From Phoronis australis (taxonomy: Eukaryota; Animalia; Phoronida), in the NCBI GenBank assembly GCA_002633005.1, contig NMRA01000154.1, positions 290,728-354,727 of the forward strand: a stretch of DNA of 64,000 nt, given 5' to 3'. This document shows positions 49,901-62,985 of this stretch, in pieces. The position numbers and the translations under genes are program-made. Position 1 is the first letter of the stretch. Each line of letters opens with the position of its first letter. The notes below the pieces were generated by a model. That model was not told the origin of the DNA and did no database searches. It saw only the letters and a program-made list of their open reading frames with translations.

Positions 49901-50829
49901 TATGTTACAAAATATAGCAAAGAGAAAAGTATTTCCATTCAATCACAAAATTGCTTGAATAACATGGTCAAATTTCTGTAGGTATATTAGGCAAAAATGG
50001 AATCTCAAACTTACTCTTACAAGTTTTTGAAGTTTCGGTTTTCTGAGATATGATGTTTCGAAGTTCGCCAAATTTGTACAATATCAGGTCATGCATAACC
50101 TTAACGTTTGACTAATTTCATACTGAGGATTACACCCAGCTAGGACAGTTTGCAGTTCTCTAAAACTGTAGCAACACGAAATCAAAGAAATTGTCCAGTA
50201 AGACACGATTATTTTTCCGGAGAAAAGAATGCATTTTCAAAAGGAATCAGATGCGGTCTGTGAGAAACAATAGCGTAAGAGAAAGATAATTTGCAATTTC
50301 AAGAAAAAAGATAACCCAGCCTGTAACGAAATAATTACGATACGATAGTGAGAACGGGGCTTTGTTAATGAGAACGGTCACCCGTGCCGGTCGTTGCTAC
50401 CAGTATACATGTAAGTACAGTGTATATCTGAAACTGTTCTTTCAATCAGTCTTTGCATGGCCAAACAAGTGAGTATTACGAGCAACAACTATATATATCG
50501 CGAGCCATCTGTCCACGTAAATATTAGAATGTTTTCAAACTAAAGACAGGTTAATTGCAAAATACTATCTAAGCGCTGATTAAACATGGAAAATACAGTT
50601 CAAAACATATACATTTACCTGAAACGCTCAATTACTCCTACAAAGGTCGCCGAGAGTGAATTCACAGCGTACGGGGGAAACTGTCAAGCACCCAAATACA
50701 AAAGTGCAAAGTCCCGACTACGGACGCACAAGAGTTGCATAATCTTTTTAGCGTATAATGAACTATCAATAGTTGCTTGACATCTTTAGTGTACTGATGA
50801 TGCTCTACAAATACATGTAGCATATTCAA

Positions 50830-51329
50830 TGCGGAATTAACAATTGGTCGGACTTCTAAGCCACTTGCTTGTACTTCAAAGCCAGCTGGCTGCAATGCAA
50901 AACCCAATGGCCGGTGTTCTAACTGGGAGGTCGGACCTCAAAACGCGATGTCCAGTACCTCAAAACCAGATGACCGAATCCAAAAAAACTGGTTGACCGG
51001 ACCCAGTGAAACGGGTTGGCCGGTGCTTAAACACAATGGCGCCGGATACGAAAAATGAACACTCGGCGATGTCACATAAATATTTTGAGACTTTCAAAAC
51101 GAGATTCTGAAGAAGTCTGGCGATCGTGTTTGATTACCGGCCCACTGCATGGTTATAGCACCTTCCATCGTGTTTTGGGTCCAGCCGACTATTTTTTGGG
51201 TGATGCCATCGAGAGCGTCGGTGTTGTTTGTTTGAAGTCCGGACAACACGTTTGATCACCGTGACCAGCCATTTGGTTTTGCAGTCCAGCCGACTGGGTT
51301 TGAAGTCCGACCAATCGTTTACTCTCCGG
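50830..51329. mobile_element. Palindromic MITE-like element
   Basis: ATTGGTCGGACTTC / GAAGTCCGACCAAT near the ends; inner GGCCGGT..AAACAC / GTGTTT..ACCGGCC. Confidence 0.55.
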
Positions 51330-51931
51330 TCTATGCATCTACATGTATAAGTGTGACCCAGCCACTTGAAAGATACAAATGTTGCATTTTTGCTTGGAAC
51401 TTAGAAAAGGAACCAGTATGGGACAAATGTGAGCAGTGTTTTAAAATTATGCGAATAATTGGTAGAGCACTAAAGAGGTAATTGGTCTGTGATTCTGTGT
51501 TCAAAACGGTTTAGACGGTCAAAATGAGATGTGAATTATAAAAACTTCATTAAACTAACGTTATTGTACATTATTCTTTTGGATTTTCTTCTATTTCCCT
51601 GTTGTTGTATATAGTGTGTGTGGATTTTAAAGTAAATATACGAAAGTGGATACAAATTCCTGTGAAATTCTTAAACATATCATTTCCTTTACATTCACAA
51701 AAGAGGGTGAGTTCTGGCAGTTCAAAGATGTCTCTTAATACAAACATTTCGTAACTTTCAGCCCTGCATGCGTAATAGGGCCGTCCTGGATTACACAGTG
51801 CCATTCAAAACTCGTTGTATTTACTAACAATGCCGGAAATATCGGCCAGGCACAATCACCTCGTTTTCGTGCCTTTGGACGTACAGATCACGCTACTTAT
51901 GTCTCACGATTGCGTGATAAATGCAACACCA

Positions 51932-52083
51932 GTGCTCAGTTGCATAAAAGTTATACGCCGTATAGCAAGAATGACGTAGCATTATGACGCGTCACGATGT
52001 TATTGTTGAACAATGCACCTGACGTCATGCAACAATCAAACTTATCCAGCGGATAACTTTTAAAGTTTTATGCAACTCAGCCC
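51932..52083. mobile_element. Short MITE
   Basis: TIRs GCTCAGTTGCATAAAA / TTTTATGCAACTCAGC. Confidence 0.6.
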
Positions 52084-53309
52084 AGGCGTGGAACGTCTTT
52101 CATTACCCAAACACGCATGAAACTTTCCTTTGAAGACGCTCACCTGACTTACATCATACAGTACAAAAGGGCAAGACTGAAATTGGGCCAATAGTCATCC
52201 TGCTCTGCAACCACCGTTAGAGTCAGACACTTAGGTGATATCTATACAATAGTATTGTAACGTGATTCGGTGGAGCGTCCATCACCGATCTACTTGGGAT
52301 CTAAACTGATGTCGACTGTTGTAGCCGATAAAATTATTTGCAGCGTTGTGTACTTTTTTACTCGTTCGTTTCGCATGCGTGAGAACCATGGGGACAACTT
52401 ATTGAGAGTGAAACAAGAAAGAAGTAGATAAATATACTGACTGTATTATGCACTAAATATGAAATACAAATCTACCAACTTACAACTCATCTTTATTTTC
52501 TGTCGACATCTCAGCTTTGACTTATAACCCAAATAATGTATGAACAAGAAAAATACGCCGAAATACGTTGAAGACCAAAATTAAAGGGGTCCAAACAGTT
52601 ATCCTTGCGGATAGATTCGAGACAAGGCAGAATTAGAAGTTTGCGCGTGTGGGCCCATTTTTATAAGCAAATTCGCACTGCGAATGTTTCAAATTACGCT
52701 AACAGGGGTCTCAAGTTAAACGTAAAAACCAATCAAAATGCAAGGTGAAAATTTCATGATCAAAAATTCTGTACTTGGGTAGCACGTTTTTCGTATTGAA
52801 TGACTTGTTAAAGACAGGACACATGTCGTTGTTGACTTTAATGCTGATAACGATTGTCCTGGCCGTTATAAGGCAACTATATTAGTCAACATCTTAAAGA
52901 AAGCCCACGCTGTTTATTCAGACTTGCTCATTAGTAAAGTTCAACATACAAAGAACTTCTAATAAATAATGGTTACTCAAATTCAGTTGTGGAGAAGCAC
53001 ATTACTCGGTTTGTCTCAAAAGTTGAACACCATTATAATGTACAGCCATTTACTGGCAATGTTAAAAACTATGCTACAAAAACTTGATGTCCAAAAATTC
53101 TATACAAGAATCTTTGGTAGGGACCTACTAATCTATTAATAGGAACCAGAAGTGTAACTAACCGTAGCACTCCCTAAGCTACTTTTTCTCTTATAAATAC
53201 TGGCGCTGAAACATGTATTGCAAAGAAAGGTGAAATGGGGACATCATGCGCAGGTAAATGATATTTAAGACGTCAGTGTTAAGTTCCAAACAAATTCAAA
53301 TATTTCAAG

Positions 53310-54997
53310 CTACCTCTGCGCCACATATGGATAAAGACGTCAGCAACAGGTTCTCAACTTTAGAGATATAAAACACGCATTTCAACTAATCAGCTACCAC
53401 TAATCGCTGCGCCACCTGCGGGAATTCACTAAATAACGGATAGATGAAATTAGGTAGATCAAGTCGAACACGCGTTTCAACTAATTCAACTATTCCCACT
53501 AATCGTTCTGCCACCTGTGGCAATTCACTAAAAAACAGGTCGATGAGTTAAGGACGATCAAGTAAAACACCCATTTCAACTAATTCAAGTATTCCCAATA
53601 ATCGCGCCACCTTCAAGGACAGGCTGATAACAAACATGAAGTCAGCAACAGGATCACAACTTGAGAGACACAGAACACACCACCTGTGGGTAGATAGATG
53701 ACATACATGACATCATCTACAGGCTCATAATTCTAGAAATTCTAAACATGCAATTCAACTAATTCAACTATTCCCACCAATCGTTGCGTCACCTGCAGGG
53801 ACAGGCTGATAACAAACATGACGTCAGCAACAGGCTCACAACTTGTGAGTCGCAGAACACGCATTTTAAGTAATTCAACTATTCCCAATAATAGGTGCGC
53901 CACCTGCGGAATTCACTAAAAACGGGTAGATGAAATTTTGTAGATCAAGTAGAACACGCATTTCAACTAATTGAACTATGATTGCCACTAATCACTGCGC
54001 CACCTGCTGGCAGGTAGACGACGTACATGACATCATCTACAGGCTCACAATTTTATAGACTCCAAACACGCACTTCAACTAATTCAACTCTCCCCACTAA
54101 TCGCTGCATCACCTCCAGGGACAGGCTGAAAACAAACATGACGTCACTAACAAGCTCGCAACTTGAGAGACACAGAACACGCAATTCAACTAATGCAAAT
54201 ATTCCCACTAATCGCTGCGCCACCTGTGAACAGGTATATGACGTACATAATATCATCTATACAGACTCACAATTTTAGAGACTCCAAACACGCATTTCAA
54301 CTAATTCAACTATTCCCATTACTCACTGCGCCACCTGCAGAGACAGGCTGATAACAAACATGACGTCATTAACAGGCTCACAACTTGAGAGACACAGTAC
54401 AAGCGTTTCAACAAATTCAACTATTCCCACTAATCGCTGCGCTACCTGCAGGGAAAGGCTGATAACACTAACATGACGTCAGCAACAGGCTCACAACTTG
54501 ACAGACACAGCATAACACGCAATCCAACTATTCCCATTAATCGCTGCGTCACCTGTGGGCAGTTAGATGAGGTACATGACATCATCTGCAGGCTCATAAT
54601 TTTAGAGAATCCAAACACGCATTTCAACTAATTCAACTATTCCACTAATCGTTGCGCCACCTGCAGGGCAGGGTGAACACAAACATGAACTCAGCAACAG
54701 GCTCACAACTTGAGAGGCACAGAACACGCATTTCAACTAATTCAAATATTCCCACTAATCGCTACGTCATCTGTAGACAGACAGATAACGTTCATGACGC
54801 CAGGAAAAGGCTCACCAGACTTACAACTTGAGAAACACAGAACAAGCATTTCAACTAATTCAACAATTCCCACTAATTGATACGCCATCTGTGGGCTGTT
54901 AGGTAAGGTTCATGACGTCATCAACATGCTCACTATTTTAGAGACACCAAACACGAACTAATTCAACTATTCCCACTAATCGCTTCCCCACCTGCAG
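53310..54997. repeat. Modular tandem array, about 16 units of 95-118 bp
   Basis: Constant ~51 bp core AACACGCATTTCAACTAATTCAACTATTCCCACTAATCGCTGCGCCACCTG alternates with three recurring linker types. Confidence 0.92.
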
Positions 54998-55599
54998 GCA
55001 AGTCAGTGACTCGCAGGTCTTTCTTTGTCACAATGCCAGCGTTGTAAGACAGAGACGTATTCGTTTCCGTGTGTCCACAAAAGTGCTTTGAACAGTGTGT
55101 ACAAATTTGTTCATTTCGCTTTTCTACTCGAATACGGCCAACACGGTGTTTTGAAAAAGTCCATTTTTGAGGGCATTTTCAAAAAATAATAAGTTTGCTT
55201 GATGCATTCAGTCAGTGCCACGTAGTACATCAAATGTACGCGTGGGCAGAAAACGTATCTGCGTAAAGAAAACGTTGCGTTTTCACAACTTTCAGTGTCG
55301 TGTGTTGTCAGGCCCTACATTTATCAACCGAAGCCAAGTACAAAGCATCTCTTCAAAATTTAGATAAACAAAGTTTACGGCATACCGATTACAGGGTCAC
55401 TGACTCGGAAGACGTTCTTAGGCGGTAATATCGATTGAATTATATAAATGTGAATAGCACGTACACGTACAATAAGCCATTCACGTTTATATCTTATCTC
55501 AATTCTACCCCTGCTTTGGAAACAAACAACCATTTTCATAATTTTCTGAACTAAAACGATAGGACAAACACTACATAGGATAATCGTGATTCTACATTT

Positions 55600-55722
55600 G
55601 AAGACCGCACGTGTGTTGATCGACCAACAGATGAAAGGAAACGATGAAACAACTGCCACAGAATTACATGGGATGATAAGAGAGCGTTTCAAGCTTCACG
55701 TCTCAGCATACACTATTAGGCA
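55600..55722 (+). mobile_element. Tc1/IS630-like transposase HTH fragment
   Basis: ARVLIDQQMKGNDETTATELHGMIRERFKLHVSAYTIR resembles the DDETTA.EL...VS..TI.R helix-turn-helix. Confidence 0.5.
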
Positions 55723-57349
55723 TACATATTGCATCATACCTCATCTCAGTAAATCTTGTTATCAATGATGGTAGAAAAAAATTATTTGTATCATTGCCAC
55801 AAGACGTTAACAAAAGCGGCCAGTGTCTGTAACTGTTCGGTCTATATTGTTGATGAATAAATAATGTCGGTTGAAATGAATTTTTATAACACTAATTCAT
55901 GCCAAAGGTTTGAAATCGCGCCCCCTTAAGAGTTTTGACTTGCCCTGGTGACCACTAGGATCGATGCAATAAACTTATGCAAGTTAATTTTTAACCTGTG
56001 TCATAGAACTGAAAAATGTTTGTGTTTTCGTTTGAGAGAGTGTTCTTTTTTAATCAATGGGTTAATCATTTTTACATTATGTACACCCTACATGAAAACG
56101 CAGACTACCTGGGAACTTTTCGTTAGGATTACATGTACCGAATTACTTCGAAGATTTTATTTTCAGAGTTTTACCCCTTGGAGTAAACGAGAAAAGCGAA
56201 GTATTGTGCTCTTACTAAAAAGGGCTCGGAAGGCTCTAGCCTTGGTGCAAGGGGTTCACTGAATTAAATGTACAACTTTGCGCCGATGTGGGTGAAACTG
56301 ACCAAATAAAATCTTCCTTGAGTAATCTAAATTGTTTACTGGCGTTGCAAAACTTAGTTTTCTACCGTTATTCTGCTGCTTAAGTTGTGGTGTGATCTTT
56401 TACGTCGGCTTTTGGCGCAATGAAATATTGCGTCACCAATTAGCCAGTTTCTTTTTTCGAGATTCTTCAATCAAACGTTCTCCATCGAGGTTGCGTAAAC
56501 GTCACAACAAATGATCAAAATTGGTTTCACTTCATTATAAGTTTTCAGAATTTTGATATCAGTAAACCGAATTTTAGAACAAATTTTGCTGCGATGTTGG
56601 ATATTTTTCGCTTAAACGGCTGTAACGGGAAAGAGGAGTGTCAATTGATCCCTGATTTTGCATGCACACCCACCGGTCTTTAGCTCATGTTGATACAAGT
56701 TTCACGACAAGGTGACAAGCGTGACTATTCGGGCTGTGCGCAATTTCGAAATCTGTCGGAGCTCAATACACCGACAGTGGCACCTTGCTGTATTTTGACA
56801 ATAGTCTTCATACAGCTAGGTGGTTAGATAGGAAGGCTCTAACTTCGAAACAATTTTTTACTACGAAAGTGACAATAAATTCAGAATGATGATGGATCAT
56901 GGATGACATTATAACCGATCACATTCTTCTGTTTTCATGCGCCCATGATCTTATATCTGCGCTATCTTCAAACCATTGTTTATGTTGCTCCGAAAATAAA
57001 CTTTTGTTTTATTGCTGTTTCAACATATCAAGAAATTGTACAAAAATAAACAATAATTACCTGTGGGAAAGCGCAATATACAGCGTGATGAAGTGATGAT
57101 CAAGAGGAATAACCGCAAATGCGTGCTACTTGTTGAGCATTCTCCGGCATAAAAACACTTGAGATCGTAAATCATACAGTCTTGTATTCTGAACTCAGGC
57201 CCGTAGGAAGGCAAAAATTATGGGGGGGGGGGCACAAACCATTTCGACGTCGCCAAATAACTCCCCTATCGCCACCATCTCCGCTACCCCCCTCTGCCCG
57301 TCCTCCCGATGCCACCACATTTGTACTGAATCTCCCAGGTGGAGAGGCA

Positions 57350-57508
57350 CAGTGGCGGATTTATGGGGCCAAGAGGCCATGACCCCCCCCCCCTAAAATT
57401 CTTCCAGGGCTATTTGGCAGTTTGGAGGTGCCAAAATCTGACTGGTAAAACCCTGGCTAATACTCTAGCTGCCCTGCCCCCCAACTCAAAATCCTGGATC
57501 CGCCTCTG
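57350..57508. mobile_element. hAT-like MITE
   Basis: CAGTGGCGGAT...ATCCGCCTCTG; homologous to 78-211. Confidence 0.75.
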
Positions 57509-59092
57509 GGACAATCCCGGGGATCCAGCCATTAAGAGTTGAGTAACCGTGAACCAACACGGAAAGTAAGAATGGGCCTAGGACCAGTACGGCACTGACC
57601 TGTAGCGAGGAACTGCCTCAAGTAGCTATAGCTGAGACCTAACAGTGTGAAAATACGAAATTCCCGACGAATTAAAGCTACACGCAGTTACTGGTCAGCT
57701 CAACTATGACTCAATTGAGAAAGGCAGCTTCGCTCGTACAGGCCGTCTGCGCTCGTTCTAAAGTCAAGATTCGTTTTGTTGTGATCCAGTTTCGGGAAAA
57801 CTTTATTTCATAATGGTCATTCTTTGAAAGAGATTTTTTGACAAGTTGAGGCCCCGAAGTCCCTGGTATAGTGCCTTTGGGGCTGTTTGAAAATCCCTAG
57901 TTGAATCACGACCTGTACATGTAGTTCAGTTTCTGGTGGCTGGGGAAAAGGATGGCGTGTCCCAAAAATGTACACACTTCGTGAACGCCTGCAGTTCAAA
58001 TTCAGTTCTTGTGGTTATCACTGAGAGTCTGCGCGGCCTACTGCATGGTTACATCTTATTTTTGACGTGGATACGTCACTCATGACGTGCACGCGAATCA
58101 GGGAAAGCAGTCAATTCAGTTTTGAAGAACAAAAATTCATTACTCAGTACTACTGTGAACTAAAAACACCAAGGAAGATAACCTTTCCAAGAAATTTAAT
58201 TTAATTTAATTTTATTTATTTAAGGATTTTTAAAAACGTTTTTTCTACCTACGGTTTGTGTGTACGAATTTCATCATTGTTTTTGAGAGTTATTTTAGAA
58301 TGCAAAAATCGGCTGACTGTACTTCACTATTTGGAGATCGGATTGTAGAGTTTTTCCAACTTCAGGCAGCAATTAAATTCACTGAATTATCACCAGTTCT
58401 TACAAGATTTGCTTCTAATTGTCAAAAATCATCTGTGAATCTATCGATAACCGTAGATACACAAACAAGTAAATCAGAAACCAGCGAATTTGTTTATCAA
58501 ACAGGAATGTTATGCGCGCCAATTTCCGCATGCATGCTAGCAGACCTTTGACGGTAACCGGGGGAATATGGGAGATGAGGTATTCGTATTAAGGTGTATT
58601 TTCAGAGGTACCTATTACGGTTCACGATGTAAACTTGAACTCCACTGACAAAAAAAAACGTTGAAATCTTTGTTTATGATTGCGAGAGTTCTTTGAGTAC
58701 ATGTACCCCTTTCGACATGTACACGATCATTACCAATAGATGTAGTACCCTAGACAGCAGTGTTTTCCACACGTTGGAAGTCCTTACAAACAATCCGTAG
58801 TAACCATCTTAAAAAGAGATACTATTTTTGTGACACTACGGGAACCAGTAACATTATTTTATAACTAACCATCGGAAATAGTCCTCTTGTATAATTCACA
58901 AGTATTGGTCTTCATTCCGTTCTTCACAATTCCAACCTTTCGATGGTGGCAATCCTACGGTATTTTTTTAAATTTTTTGGTTGTTTGGGTCGAATGGCTG
59001 TGCTGGGCAAGAATGTTTTGTGTTTATTTGATAAATTTGGAATCTCAGCTTCCCTCTTGAATACTTAGCAATGTCAGATTTACATACAGGGG

Positions 59093-59202
59093 TTAGTGCG
59101 CTATTCTATACTATGGTTATGGCCATGGATTTAGAATGTCTGTATATTTAGTGCACTATTCTATATTATGGTCATGACCACGGATTTAGATTGTCTATAT
59201 TT
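59093..59202. repeat. Tandem duplication, about 55 bp x2
   Basis: TAGTGC.CTATTCTATA.TATGGT.ATG.CCA.GGATTTAGA.TGTCT occurs twice. Confidence 0.8.
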
Positions 59203-60029
59203 ATGTAGCGAGCTACGACAATTAGTATAACCAAAAATAGGAACTAGAGCCTGTACTTCGTCTAACAAGTGGGTGAGACGAACTCTTTACAGAAAATTAT
59301 TCTATTTGGATTTGATATGTCTTACACTCTGAAGCTTCTAATGCACCAAGGCCATTCAATGAATGTATATTGTGTTTATTGAAATACCTTTAGGAAATCA
59401 TTAGTTTTAGCAGAATTATTAAAGTTTGACTTGTGGTAATATTGCGTAGCGTTAGACATGTGTTCATATTGACGTCATTCCGTTCAGTATTTAATTCCAA
59501 AATTCAATGCGCCAACGCCACGGATATTCATCAAGTTTGATATATGGAAGCCCCCTCTTGTTGCAACAACTAACTACACATAGTTTCTAGAACGTTCTAA
59601 TGTTTCGACTTACGTTTAACAACTATAAGAGACAAAACGTGAAGTAATTACAGAAATTCATAAGCAGTAATAGAATGGCTGCAGGTCGGGATTGAACTGG
59701 AACCCTCTGGTACAACACTTCGGGGCGGCAGGTGGCACCAGTGGATTATTAATTAAAATGCGTTTGCCTGACTTGCTTGAATGCATCTATGTAATATTTC
59801 TGATGCTAAAATGTTTAGTGCTGATCATCACGAATTGTTGAGTCGCGTCTCCCTCCCCCCTCCTCCCCTGCCGGAGAGACAAATCTCCCTCCATCCTAGC
59901 TACATGCACGCCCCTCAGGATTTAAACAAAAGTCCGTGCCCTGACTGCTGCATACTTCTCTGTGCATTATACTGTACATTGCTCCTTGCTTGTTCAAAGG
60001 TTTAGTTTTGCCTTTTATATTTCCCGTTG

Positions 60030-60524
60030 GAGAGAAATTTTCAATCACTAAGGGAATTTTTAGGCCTCGTAGGGCCGGGAATTTCGCGTGATTTTTTAAT
60101 ATTTTTGAGAGGGGAATAGGGCTGATACTTTTGGCCCCAAAATTGATAGATTGAGGGCCCTGTCCTTTTTGTAAAGAAAAATGCATCGCGCTTCAACCCA
60201 TAATCATGAAAACACAGCCTGGCTGGTCGAAGATTCTCCGGTCCTCGTTGCAGTATGGCGGCATCCGAGATGCGACAAGTTATGATCCCCCGAAAACAGT
60301 TATAAATTTTACACGGACATATTTTCCTTCGTCGGGGCGTATGGCAAGGACCCAACGCTTCCGAATCCCAACGTCCTTAGGGATTGTAAAACAGACAGTT
60401 GAGTGTCCGAATTTTTTCTAGCTGTTCGAGCAACGCGGAGTACAAATACGCGGATAAGGGGGATAAGACACCAGAGCTATCGTAGCGAGCCTCGTTTTTG
60501 AACGCGCATCCTGTCGGCGTGAAT
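60030..60524. repeat. Interspersed repeat, ~490 bp, copy 2
   Basis: Direct similarity to 38078-38569. Confidence 0.8.
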
Positions 60525-62023
60525 AAGATCTATACACTGGCTTCTGATGTAAAGCGTGGAAGTGACAAAAAGAAATTCAACCTCCTTGTCACGATAATAT
60601 GACTGTTGTCGGCGAGACATCAGTTGTTGAACGCTTAGCCTTTGTGTACCAAGTGCAGACATTATCTCTTTTATATGGAGCAATGCTTGTGGTTGGTCAT
60701 GTGGAAACTTTTCTGGCGTGATAAATTTTCGGTCCTGACGAATTAAAGTTTCTGCACTGGCGTATTAAAAATTTTGGTCCTGAACTGGGACTACTTCCTA
60801 GTTCCTGGGCAGTGGGCTGTCAAAGATAATTGAACGTAGCGGTCTCTGGTTTTGACAAACAGACCATTGGACCGCAAGCCTTTTGTAGGCGTGGATGAAA
60901 CTGGTTCTACAATTATGGTTCGCTATTATCTTTTATTATGAGGTGCATTTTCGGCCAGTGCTCCCTGGCCGCTGACACTGATTCACCATCTGATCAGAAC
61001 AGAAGTTTCATTCTTATTCTTAAAATCATTGAATCAGCTGTTGATTTAGAACAAGAAAATAGACGCTTTTCATATAAAAAGGATTCGTTAAATTTCTACA
61101 TACCTCACATGAACATGAATTGTAACAGCCTAATAGTATACATGTATGTCGAAAAACATTTAAGTCTCAGTTCCGTTACCGACAGATGATACTATTTGAA
61201 AATTATTGTTTAATCAGTGTCTAATGGTTATTTTATGTATAGGAAGAAAACGACTCATGGACACAGAGAATACGATAAGCGCTACGGGTAGCGGTGAAAC
61301 GGCGACGCCCGGCCCACGGCCGACTCGGATAGTCTGCAAAAGAGTTTGTTTTTATTATTCATCGATTCGTTTGTTTTTCTGAATCACCAACGCATGTTTA
61401 ATTTTCCCTTTTCAATTTGTCGCCGATGCACAGCCCTACGCTTCGACGGCGACCCGACGTCGAACCGACGCCAGACTCACGGCACCCCGCAGTTCTGGGC
61501 ACTCGTCGCACCATAGCAGGTCCAACGGCAAAAGTGTATCGATGCTGAGCCATTAATGTTGATCCGACGACAAGAGTGAATAGTAATCAAAGAAGGATTG
61601 CAGGTTATCTTAAACAACGTGACTCGAAAAAATAATATCGCGTGCGTCGAATTTACCTCAAAGTGTAAAACAGGCGTTTCCACGAGTTACCTCGAAGGCG
61701 ACATAGCAACGTCGGGACATCGCGTTAGCGCGACCTACAAACGATTGGCCATGTTGTTCCAAGTGCTGCTCTCTGGGAGTAGCTTAGGGCTACATGTATA
61801 CAAAGGGCGTGCTGAATAGGCATCCTAGAAGTTGTCTGGGAGGAAAACGAATGACAGCCCGTAGCAGTTTCCTCCTAAGGCAATTCGTAAAATGAACATG
61901 GTGGAAGTGAAATATTTAACAGAGAAAAAAAAAACGTGGCAACAGGTAGAGGGGCATACAAGGAGAGGGTGTGGACGTAACAAACAGTAGCCCACAAACC
62001 TAAGAGAACAGCGCCAGCGTGTA

Positions 62024-62072
62024 AGAGAGAGCGAGAGAGAGAGAGAGAGGGGGGAGAGGGGAGGGAAAGAGA
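62024..62072. repeat. (GA)n / purine-rich microsatellite
   Basis: AGAGAGAGCGAGAGAGAGAGAGAGAGGGGGGAGAGGG. Confidence 0.85.
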
Positions 62073-62411
62073 AAAAATAATACGTTCATTAACTTATATA
62101 ACAATTAATGAAATGTTATAAAAACTGTAGGGTATATACAATATATATAAATGTGCAAAATATCAATAATATATGTGTCAATTGGACGAGTATGATTGTC
62201 AAATTAAAAATACAAGGTCAAAAAATGAAATTTCAAAGGGAAGCTCGCTTGTTTCAGTACACGGTCAATATGATCTCCATATTCCTTCACGGCTAAACGG
62301 AGCCGTTTCTTCCAACCAGAAAAGCGTTTCCGTATCACCTTAGCGCCATAAGGTGTCACTTGCTGAAATTACCATCTGTACTAAGAGCCTGGTGACAATA
62401 TCGATACAACC

Positions 62412-62705
62412 CAGTGGCGGATCCAGGATATCACAAGGGGGGGCCCAACATGTCTGAAAATATTTGTACAAAGCACGATTAGATGCGCATGGCAACGAAT
62501 GGGGGGAGGTAGGGAGGGGGGTTCGCCCCCCTCCCGCCCAGGAAATTTTTTTTCTGTTTTTTCCCCTAAAAATCAAGCATTTTCCTTGATTCCTGAAGTA
62601 TTATCCAAGAACAAAGGCAAAGAAAAAGAAAAAGAAAAAGAAAAAAAAGGCGTACGTGTCAAACATGAAAAACTACAATTTTCACGGACTCGAACTCACG
62701 ACCTG
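62412..62705. mobile_element. Second (inverted) copy of the tRNA-like/hAT-end repeat
   Basis: Reverse complement of ~24200-24460, ending in ACTCGAACTCACGACCTG (antisense B-box). Confidence 0.7.
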
Positions 62706-62985
62706 GGCCCGGTCTCCAATCTCCGTACTCAGACTCGAATCATGCTCAAACTCACACTTCATACTCAACTCGAGTACAGACTCAGCTTTGGTGTATTCAA
62801 TGTCATACTCGAAAAATCTGTACTCGAAATTTCGAGCACTAACTCAGTTTTCGAGTGTACTCGAACTGAAATGTATCTCATCTATATTTCGAGTACGATT
62901 TTGAGTAAAAATTCGGAGTCTATGCTCAAATTTCAAGTTTGGTATGGCAGTGTGCTTGAAATCGTACTCGAAAATATATACGAGC
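62706..62985. repeat. Cluster of TACTCGA/TCGAGTA motifs
   Basis: More than ten ACTCGA-like motifs in both orientations; probably a MITE fragment. Confidence 0.55.

Noticed and set aside
54027-54627. Repetitive ORFs within the tandem array
   Set aside because: Unit lengths are not constant multiples of three and frames break between units
53310-54997. CRISPR array
   Set aside because: The spacers recur as three classes, the repeats are degenerate, no cas genes are present and the context is an intron-containing animal genome
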